Positions 54,875 to 64,000 of a stretch of DNA of 64,000 nt are shown piece by piece. Numbering within the stretch: the first letter of the stretch is position 1; each line of letters opens with the position of its first letter. The stretch covers positions 89,659 through 153,658 of the forward strand of contig JAANOX010000270.1 of the NCBI GenBank assembly GCA_020184695.1. The letters are read 5' to 3'. The position numbers were made by a program, and so were the translations under genes. Under the pieces are notes generated by a model that worked only from the letters and a program-made list of their open reading frames with translations, was not told the origin of the DNA and made no database searches. The stretch is from Histomonas meleagridis 2922-C6/04-290x. Its lineage: Eukaryota; Protista; Parabasalia.

Positions 54875-57053
54875 ATGTTCGGAGGAGGATTGAGTAACAC
54901 CCCTTGGGGATCGATGGGCAGCAACAAACCTACAAACTCTAGTGTGCCGTTTCAAAACCAAAACCAAACGGGCTCTTTTGCCAATGGAAATAACCCATTT
55001 GCAAACAACTCTAGTTCATCTACAGGGGCTACAAACCCATGGACAGGGGGCTCAAGCCAATCTACATGGGGCAAAGTCACATTTGCAAACAACTCTAGTT
55101 CATCTACAGGGGCTACAAACCCATGGGCAGGAAATTTCACAAATGCAAATCCAAGCGATAAATTAAATAGTCAAAATTCTAATACGAATAACGCTGAGCC
55201 AACCAAAAAAATTAAAACCATTCTTGATCCACCTGATGATATTTTTAAGCCAACTACAAATAATAATCCAAATAAACCAACAACAGTAGCACCACCACCA
55301 TCAGCATCATTTGGAGCAAATAATAATGCGAATAAACCGACAACAGTAGCACCACCACCATCAACAACATTTGGAGCAAATAATAATGCGAATAAACCGA
55401 CAACAGTAGCACCACCACCATCAACAACATTTGGAGCAAATAATAATGCGAATAAACCGACAACAGTAGCACCACCACCATCAGCATCATTTGGAGCAAA
55501 TAATAATGAAAATAAACCGACAACAGTAGCACCACCACCATCAGCATCATTTGGAGCAAATAATAATGCGAATAAACCGACAACAGTAGCACCACCACCA
55601 TCAACAACATTTGGAGCAAATAATAATGCGAATAAACCAACAACAGTAGCACCACCACCATCAACAACATTTGGAGCAAATAATAATGCAAACAAACCGA
55701 CAACAGTAGCACCACCACCATCAACAACATTTGGAGCAAATAATAATGCGAATAAACCGACAACAGTAGCACCACCACCATCAACAACATTTTGGAGCAA
55801 ATAATAATGCGAATAAACCGACAACAGTAGCACCACCACCATCAGCATCATTTGGAGCAAATAATAATGCGAATAAACCGACAACAGTAGCACCACCACC
55901 ATCAACAACATTTGGAGCAAATAATAATGCGAATAAACCAACAACAGTAGCACCACCACCATCAGCATCATTTGGAGCAAATAATAATGAAAATAAACCA
56001 ACAACAGTAGCACCACCACCATCAGCATCATTTGGAGCAAATAATAATGCGAATAAACCGACAACAGTAGCACCACCACCATCAACAACATTTGGAGCAA
56101 ATAATAATGCGAATAAACCAACAACAGTAGCACCACCACCATCAGCATCATTTGGAGCAAATAATAATGCGAATAAACCGACAACAGTAGCACCACCACC
56201 ATCAACAACATTTGGAGCAAATAATAATGCGAATAAACCGACAACAGTAGCACCACCACCATCAACAACATTTGGAGCAAATAATAATGCAAACAAACCG
56301 ACAACAGTAGCACCACCACCATCAACAACATTTGGAGCAAATAATAATGCGAATAAACCGACAACAGTAGCACCACCACCATCAACAACATTTGGAGCAA
56401 ATAATAATGCGAATAAACCGACAACAGTAGCACCACCACCATCAGCATCATTTGGAGCAAATAATAATGCGAATAAACCGACAACAGTAGCACCACCACC
56501 ATCAACAACATTTGGAGCAAATAATAATGCGAATAAACCAACAACAGTAGCACCACCACCATCAACAACATTTGGAGCAAATAATAATGCAAACAAACCG
56601 ACAACAGTAGCACCACCACCATCAACAACATTTGGAGCAAATAATAATGCGAATAAACCGACAACAGTAGCACCACCACCATCAACAACATTTGGAGCAA
56701 ATAATAATGCAAACAAACCAACTCCATCACTAACAACAACAACTCCTTCACTAACAATACCAACTCCATCACTAACAACAACAACTCCTTCACTAACAAC
56801 AACAACTCCTTCAATCTCCGATAAGGAAAATAAAACAATCTCAACAACAAAACATGACCGGACTAAACACAAAATTCAAAAAAAGAGAACAGTTGTCCAC
56901 ACGTATGGATTACCTTCACAGTTTTGTATTGCATATCGTTACACAATGAAGTTATACAACAAAGAAATAACTTCAAAACAAATTGATGAATCTATCCACG
57001 AAGTTGCTAAAGCACTTCAACCATGGATCCTTGCTGGATATTCAAGTGAATAA
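54875..57053 (+). CDS. FG-repeat (nucleoporin-like) protein, about 725 aa if the extra T at 55790-55793 is removed
   Basis: Starts MFGGG; 24 x 20-aa repeats each with one FG. One repeat has TTTT instead of TTT; the corrected frame runs to TAA 57051-57053 through a unique C-terminal region. Confidence 0.6.
55260..56700 (+). repeat. Coding tandem repeat, 24 copies of a 60-bp unit (NNNANKPTTVAPPPS[TT/AS]FGA)
   Basis: Near-identical 60-nt period visible line by line, followed by short TPSLTTT repeats to about 56815. Confidence 0.97.
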
Positions 57054-57481
57054 TATAATGATGTTTCTTTTGTATCATTTGTTTCATTTTTATTTGTTTG
57101 AACATGTCGTTTTTGATTTCTTGAAAAAAATTAAATTGTTCCAAAAATGTATAAACTAACATAAAAGCACAAGCAGCAAAAAGAAGAATGATAAAAAATC
57201 TGCTATAAAAGGTGGTCGATTGTTGGATTTCTAAAAGATTATTGATGTTAATTTTTCTGAAAAAAGTTTCGCAATGTGATTATAACCTTTCCATATGTTT
57301 TCATACGTTGCAAAATAATATGAAATGCAAACAACATTTAAATATATTTCTTCTGGAACTGATTTTAATTCAACTGTTTCAATAAATTTGTTCAGTTCAG
57401 TTTAATATAACAAAAATCTGTTTTTAATTTTTCTTGAACAATATTTAAATACAATACAAATTATGAATTTTTTCTTTTTCA

Positions 57482-58800
57482 TTATTTACTTGAAATGTTA
57501 ATTGTTAACATTTGATCATTTAAATACGCTGCAATTGGTTCGCCATGTTTCATTAAAATATGTTCGGCTGAATATATATCGCCAATACTTAAATATGATG
57601 TCGCAGAAAGATAAATATTCCCTTTTTCTATATGGTATTTCGATCGTTGATATCCAAATTTATATTCGAGATAAAGATCTTGATTTTGAAATTCTTCGTC
57701 AAGAAATGGTTTCGCGCGCTGTTTCTTATAATTCGTTGTCTTCGTTATTTTGTTTTGATTTAAATTTGAATATTTTCGTTGAAGTGCTATAATTAATGCT
57801 TTATCTTCTTCATTAGTTTCAATTAATATTTTAATCGCTTTGTCAATATTCCCAATTGCAAGATGATAAATACAAATTTCATTATTACTTGTCATTAACT
57901 TTGCGCGATTGTTCATCATTTCACGCTAAAATTCATATGAAACTGACACTGATGTTGCAACTGATAAATCATATTCACCTGAACTAAACATTTTTTCACA
58001 ATAATGTTTATTATTACCAAGAAATAATTCAACTTCTGCAAAATGTTGAAGTTTTTCTTTTGATTTAATGACACATAAATATATTGTGTCTCTGTTCTAA
58101 ATACAAATTCTTTAGTCTCAATATTATAAATATAAATTCCATAACATTTTTGACAAATAAGTAATAATTCGGAATGAAAATGGTTAAAATTTATACTTAA
58201 AATTGGTTGTTTTTAATAAAATGAACTAATCCAATGTTATTCCGAATGTCAAAAATTCCAATGCCATTCTTAAAGATAACTAAACAATTCGTTTCACAAT
58301 TCGGATCAAGTTCAACTGATGTAACTAAGCCTCCATTAGTGTAATATTTTGTATCAATTTCATGTACGTTAATACGAATTATATGTCCAAGCCCATTACC
58401 TCCAAAAATTATTCGATATTTATCATAATTAAATTGTGTAATAGTCATTATAAGCATATTAGAAAAATCTCCAATTTCTGTTTTTGTAGTTGTCCCATCA
58501 AGTGAATAAAGAAAAAAGATAGAAAAATAACACAACCAACAAAATAATGTTAAATCTTGATTCCGCCAATAAATCGAGATAATTATTTCTTTATTAGGAA
58601 TTATTCGTATAATTTCTTGACTTAAAATATGAATTTCTTTAGAAGAATAATTAATAGATATTAGTTCTGTTTGAATACTTGCAAGAGAAATAGGTCGAAT
58701 GGCATTTTGTGTTGTTATAACATTAATATTCTTTAATGTGATTTGATCATAAACATAAACTGATAATAACGTTGCTTAAGCAAAATATTTAGAATTTTGT
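57482..58800 (-). pseudogene. WDR17: WDR17-like gene fragment with stops and frameshifts
   Basis: AEVELFLGNNKHYCEKMFSSGEYDLSVATSVSVSYEF*REMMNNRA resembles the WDR17 block (YCELMVELGEWDKALSIAPGVS..YW..LM..RA). Further HLAIGNIDKAI and SYLSIGDI blocks. Confidence 0.6.
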
Positions 58801-58972
58801 GTTAAAACACTTGTGGATAAATTTTGTATACCTGGATAATTCATATTTATAAGATCTCCTTTTTGATATTTTAATAATTGATGAATATCTTCTTTTGTTT
58901 CATTCATTAAAAATAAACGTGCTTATATGATGGAAGCCGGCTTATAATGATATACGTTTAAAAAAAAATTAT

Positions 58973-59722
58973 ATGAATAATTCTTCAAAATCATTAGATT
59001 TTCAGTGTATAATTCATAAAATACAATGTGAAAGAGCTTTAAATTATTATTTATTATCATTATTTAAAACAGAATCTGAAAATAATTTTGAACAAATAAC
59101 AACAACATTAAATTCTATTATTCCTAAATCTTACTTAAAACCAATAAATCATACAGAACAAGAAAATTCAGGAGAAGATGATTATAATGAACTCAATCAA
59201 TATTTAGAAGAAAATAATTTAACGATTCCTCAAAATAAATTCGAATTCTTTCAAATCTTTGAAGATAGTGTTTCCGATATAGATAACTTACGTAAAGGAA
59301 TTTTACAATAACAATTTTCAAGCAATTTATTCACATCATTTGGAAAATTATTTGTTGATTTTGATGATATTGAAAACCAAAATCAGAAACTTAATGAAGA
59401 ACTAGCGAAACTTAAATATGAAAAACTAAAAACACGAATAACAACGAATGATGAAGAACCTAAAACACCTCAACGACAAATTAATTTTGATATTAGCACC
59501 CCAAATATTTCAATCGATGAAAGATTTCACGAATTAAAAGAAGAACTTCGTTGCATTAATGAACAAGGAAAAGAACTCATCACACAAAAATCAAATTTAG
59601 AAAGAGAAATCTAGAAAAGAATTAAAAGTGATAACATAAAACACGAAGAAACAGAAATTGAACGAGAAATTCAAGAAATATCAAGAGAAATTTCACATTT
59701 AAATACGAAATATACAAATTGA
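58973..59722 (+). pseudogene. Coiled-coil ORF interrupted by in-frame TAA (59309) and TAG (about 59611)
   Basis: Same frame continues with E/K-rich coding-like sequence past both stops. Confidence 0.45.
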
Positions 59723-60357
59723 AAAATATTTTTTAAAAAATAAATTCGGCTCAGTGCAAACGATAGAAATATAAAATATTCAATAATTGTGAAGTTTATA
59801 AATTGACCCCAAAAAATTAGTTGCACTTTTGAATAAAACACTATGGTTTCTGATGTTACTTGTTAATGAAAGAGCACAATGTCAAAGTGAAGGAAAACAT
59901 ATGTTGGTTTTTTTATAATGATTGTTATAATGCATTACAATGGATTGATTGGGCAATTAACAAATTTAGTGATTCCATTTACATATTTCTTCCGGAATAT
60001 CAATGGGTGGTGCTACATCATCATTTCCAATTCTCCAAATTACGATATTATAAACAAAAGACTTGCCAAATACGGAATGTTTTATAGTAATTCGGCAATA
60101 AAAATTGATTGTAAAAGGTGCTGGGCATAGTGAAAGTTATTATATAGAAACGAAGACATACGAAGAAGCGTTGGATTCATTCATTAACGAAATACTTATT
60201 GAATAAAAATAATATATCATAAATTATCATTGAAACGTTAGTTATATCATATTATACATTTACATGTTCATTACATTTTTGCAAAAAATAGGGAAAATGA
60301 TTAATATGTATTCATAATTTCGATTCTTATTATAAATTTCATGACCGGCCACACAAA

Positions 60358-60735
60358 TTATGCTCCGGTGGCTTTGATTTTGAGAGGACAATTTCTTAAG
60401 TTGTGACCGTGTTGTCTACATAATCCGCATTTATGTTTGCCAGGTATGTCAATGGGTTCGTTTTTCAGCAGCCATTGAAGTTCTCCATAAAATGGACAAT
60501 CGCTAATTTGATGATTTTTATCACAAATTAAACACTTAACTACTTTCGTGTGTTCATTACATTTGCGAAGCTTTGGTGGCCTTCCTCTTGGTCTTCCTTG
60601 AGCATCGATGTGATCAACAATTTCAAGGGTTTCACAATAATCGACCTATCCATATGTTCTAATGCTCCTAAGTTCTTCTAATCTTTGGGAGAAATCAGTG
60701 AGAATTATTCCTGATTTTTCCAAATCTGGTGAAAC
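60358..60735 (-). mobile_element. 3' remnant of a MULE/Mutator-like transposase (AT-hook plus two CCHC knuckles)
   Basis: Manual translation GRPRGRPPK...CLICDKNHQISDC...CGLCRQHGHNLRNC...* (missed by the ORF track); one in-frame TAG; 5' part cut off at the (AC)n tract. Confidence 0.6.
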
Positions 60736-60738
60736 TAA

Positions 60739-60797
60739 ACACACACACACACAGCGCTATTGAAGCTTCGCGTGATACGCTCGCTTCAAGCCGCGCT
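60739..60797. repeat. (AC)7A microsatellite followed by a GC-rich hairpin
   Basis: AGCGC/GCGCT, TTGAAGC/GCTTCAA and GCGT/ACGC nested inverted arms around a GAT loop. Confidence 0.75.
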
Positions 60798-60884
60798 ACA
60801 TAAAAGAAAGCATTAACGATAGAGGATGATTGAAAATTAGGATTAACGGTCGAGTTTAAAATAAGCATGTGCGAAAAATCTAAC

Positions 60885-60996
60885 TATAACTTGTAACGTA
60901 ACGTTACCTGTAATTTTAACAATTTGGAAAAAAAAAAGAAGAAGAATAAAGAACATGAGATGCAAAAATCAAGGTTACGTTACGTTACAGGTTATA
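60885..60996. repeat. 25-bp inverted repeat (23/25 match), arms 60885-60909 and 60972-60996
   Basis: TATAACTTGTAACGTAACGTTACCT versus the reverse complement of AGGTTACGTTACGTTACAGGTTATA. Confidence 0.85.
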
Positions 60997-61050
60997 AATT
61001 AAGTCTAGTTTTTAAAGTAGTAATTTTGATTTTTTAATGCAACTAAAAAG

Positions 61051-61850
61051 ATGTCAGAAGTTACAATCGATATAAACGACAAATTCTGTTTAATGGACAT
61101 TAGAAAAAATAAAAAAAACCCTATGATTTAAACGGCGATGAAGCAATAAATGATTTAAAGAAATGTTTTTTAGTATGTGATTCAACACTTGAAGTATTTA
61201 TGTTTAAAGATTATGACGCAGTGAATGATTATGTTAAAGTAAGTTATACATCAGAAAACGTTGCAAAAACAAAAAGCTAAAAGAAAAATAATTATTGGCA
61301 AAAAGAACTGAAGGAAACAAAACAAAAAAATGTTTCCGCTTGGGATTTATATTTAGAAAATACAGAAATATTTACGGTAAAAGCATTAAAATTTTTATTC
61401 AGAAATGACCCTCAAATTTTTTCTTACTTTAGAGGTTATGATTATAAAAAAAGCTTGATAAAGTAAAAAAAACAGAAATTATACAACCGTTTTTAGATCA
61501 CGTCAGAGAAGTAATAGCAAATGGTAATGAAGAAATTTATAGATATATTCTAATTTGGATCGCAAGCATTCTTCAAAAACCAAATTTCAAAACTGGAGTT
61601 GCTTTAGTTATATTAGGAAATCAAGGAACAGGAAAAAATACATTCTTTACAGATGTAATATGCAAATTAATGGCAAGATACGCAAATGAAAATGTTACGA
61701 ATATAGAATCAGTAGTCGGTAAATTCAATGCAACATTGGAAAAACAAGAAAATACTGGTATTACATGAACTACAAAGTACTGATACTAATAAATTGTTAA
61801 ATTCAGATGCATTAAAATCTATTATAAGAGATAAAACAATAAACCGGAAA
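61051..61850 (+). pseudogene. Maverick-type D5-like / SF3 helicase (primase-helicase) fragment, frameshifted and 3'-truncated
   Basis: FLDHVREVIANGNEEIYRYILIWIASILQKP...ILGNQGTGKN (Walker A), GKFNA, LNSDALKSII. Confidence 0.8.
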
Positions 61851-61943
61851 AGTTATTTTTTCTTCTTCAAACTCTTGATTTTCAAGTGATTTCACATGAA
61901 CGGATAAACTCACAAAACACTTTCGGATTTCCTTTAGCTGGTT

Positions 61944-63130
61944 TCATTTTTTAGTAGTAGTATTAGTAGTAGTAGTATTTTCAAAAAATTCTCTTTCAAT
62001 TTCTGACTGTTTATGAGGAGTATTACCGCGGAGAAATGAAGCAGGAATTTCATCTTGATATGAACGTTGCCCAGGAACGGTAAAAAGTACTTTATACTTA
62101 TTTGTTTTAGGATTTAATGACAAAAATTGACTCAACAGAACCAACCCATTTACCAGGAATAGTTGACGCCCATTTAATATTATTTGGTTTATTCTTACCA
62201 ATAGGTATTAGTTTGTATCTTGGTTTAGTAATTACTGTTCCGTCTTGAGCAATTAAAACGTACATATTTCCTTTCCGTTCATCAATTTTTATAACATTCA
62301 CGGCTGATTTGAAATTTTTTCTTTGTTTTGCCATTATGAAGTGGTTATATATGGCGTACAAAAGAGCCTACAGGAAGAATTAAATTCTTAATACATTTTT
62401 GTTTTTTTCAGAAGATTCTAAACATTTAAATATATATTCTTTTTTTCTAAATCTTTATTATCAAACATTTCTTTTTGGAGAACAACCGATGGCTGAATGG
62501 TAAGTATTGTTGTAAAGTATTCAGAAACTTTTTTTCATTCTTTCTGGAGTAATAAATGTGTATTTTTTTCATCATTTGATGGATGTTTATTTTTTTCCGT
62601 TGGAGTATTCATATCTCTTATTGTTCGCATGAATCTATCAATAATGCCTAAAGACGAATGGTTTTTATCTGATATTGTATGAACGGCAACTTTATTATCA
62701 GAAAGAAGTTTTAAATTATTTTTTTCAATAAATGCTGGTTCTTCATCTGACGTTAATTTTACCGGATGGAATTTGACAATGAATTGTTTTAATGTTTCAT
62801 GAACTGCAGACGCTGATTTTGACATTAACGGTAAACAGTAAACGTATCTATTATTTGTGCCAATAAACACGTGCCAATAACGAGGATTTTTATTTTTTGT
62901 ATTATCATATAAATCATGAAACCAACAATTTGGAATAGTTGAAAATATTTTTATCATATAAGGTTTTATATCTTTTGTTTTAATAAATTTATCCTTCAAT
63001 CTCCTTGATATTACTTTTTTAAATTTTCTTTTTCACTAACATTTGAAACTTTTTTTTGCACGTGTTTTTTAACGTGACTGTAAGTTTTAAAATGTGTTTT
63101 GTCAATTTCTTTGTTAACGTTTAGACTCAT
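61944..63130 (-). mobile_element. Maverick/Polinton retroviral-like c-integrase, frameshifted
   Basis: rve core WFHDL...LTSDEEPAF...SLGIIDRFMRTIRDM; chromodomain-like tail (KYKVLFT..DEIP); likely start MSLNVNKEI at 63130. Confidence 0.82.
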
Positions 63131-63166
63131 TTAAGAGTTATTAAAACGTTTTTTTAATTATATTAA

Positions 63167-63430
63167 ATGGGATTAGGTCGTATATTCGGTGGAATAAGAA
63201 AATTTATTCAAAATGCAGGACGACTTGTAAGAAAAGTTATTGATAAAGGAAAGAGAATTTACGGTAAGGTCTCGCCAATAATCAGTCGAGGAATTGAATT
63301 TGGTAAAAAAAGATTCCAGGAATAATTGATACGGTAAGAAAGCGTAAAGGAGATATAACAGATAAAATAGATAAAAATAGTTGATGCAGTTCCTGACGGT
63401 AAGATTAAAGACAAAAATTAAACGAGCCGT
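63167..63430 (+). pseudogene. Small basic amphipathic-helix ORF (MGLGRIFGGIRKFIQNAGRLVRKV...), stop at 63323-63325, continues after frameshifts
   Basis: ATG at 63167; periodic hydrophobic/basic pattern; lies inside the Maverick-like cluster, divergent from the integrase. Confidence 0.55.
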
Positions 63431-63439
63431 AGACCTGAG

Positions 63440-64000
63440 CTCCTTCGGAGCGAAACAGAAATTGTTTTGGATGATGAAAACGAAAATGTGAATGAAGAAA
63501 AAACATCTGATGTTAAGATAACAAAGAAAGCAGTAAAAGATTTAACACAAGAAGAAAAAGAAATTATAATTGCTAATGCTAAAAAAGGAATTGAAAATGA
63601 ATTTTTTGACGTCAAATTTTTCAAGAACGGTAACGCTAGAGTTACAGCAAAGAAATCAAAAAATCCAACGGTTAGTCAAAAAAAGTAATTAAAAACAACA
63701 ACGACGGTAAAGTTTATTTATCAAACGATCAATTATTAATGGAGCATATAATTGAATTAAATTCACGATTAGATAAATTAACAGGTAAGCATAAAAAGCT
63801 TAAGAAGAAGTATCATCGTTTGAGGGATGATATTTATATTGATTCTGAAGATATTCCTTCGGTCGAACAAACATTAAATGACGAGCAAGTCTCGCTAGAT
63901 GCTCGAAACTCACAAGGTTCGGAGCAAAAGGAAGATATATTTTCGTCCGAAGCTCAAGTTTCTGAACCTCAAGAACAAATTTATAACGTGCCGGTACAAC
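63440..64000 (+). pseudogene. Maverick-associated hypothetical ORF, frameshifted, runs off the window
   Basis: EEKEIIIANAKKGIENEFFDVK...SNDQLLMEHIIELNSRLDKLTGKHKKLKKKYHRLRDDIYIDSED resembles repetitive trichomonad Maverick ORFs (from memory). Confidence 0.45.

Noticed and set aside
55171-56872. Long antisense ORFs over the 60-bp repeat
   Set aside because: By-products of a stop-free tandem repeat on the opposite strand; no ATG-plus-Inr context and implausible composition.
59860-60130. Two short overlapping ORFs
   Set aside because: No ATG-plus-Inr support or recognisable domain.
61953-61978. AGTAGT tract as a Maverick terminal repeat
   Set aside because: Lies inside the integrase 3' coding frame (encodes TTTTNTTT) with Maverick genes on both sides.

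Overview
AT-rich eukaryotic nuclear DNA with strong parabasalid (trichomonad-type) hallmarks: compact, mostly intronless genes, TCA(Y)T initiator motifs, a GTATGT...CTAACACACAG intron, an IBD-domain gene, DUF3447-type ankyrin genes and a Maverick/Polinton remnant. No rRNA, tRNA or CRISPR was seen. Housekeeping or conserved genes include a CAMK kinase, Arp2, a ZIP4/TEX11-like TPR protein, a BRWD/PHIP-like protein, RRP12, Ran, a PP1-like phosphatase, GSK3, CTU2-like, a PH-AGC kinase, a FERM giant, CFAP57, POC5 and an FG-repeat protein. They are interspersed with pseudogenes (GBP-like, NEK/Rab-like, WDR17-like) and transposon debris (DDE_1, MULE, Maverick). The standout observation concerns four DUF3447-ankyrin genes, plus one orphan remnant. 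In these, every ankyrin repeat is split at the same position (after ...INAKD-I, before F-x-TAL...) by a conserved AT-rich spacer. I counted 21 spacers in the four genes, and 15 are exactly 80 nt. The spacers break the frame and often carry stops, and they lack the spliceosomal signals seen in the two genuine introns of this window. The 90-nt ankyrin modules between them stay open and end in plausible C-termini. This looks like an undescribed class of non-canonical introns, or another excision/bypass mechanism, acting on a modular ankyrin repertoire; it needs RNA evidence. Homology calls are from recognition of motifs by eye, not database searches. Two isolated homopolymer frameshifts (RRP12, FG-repeat gene) suggest some residual assembly indel error.
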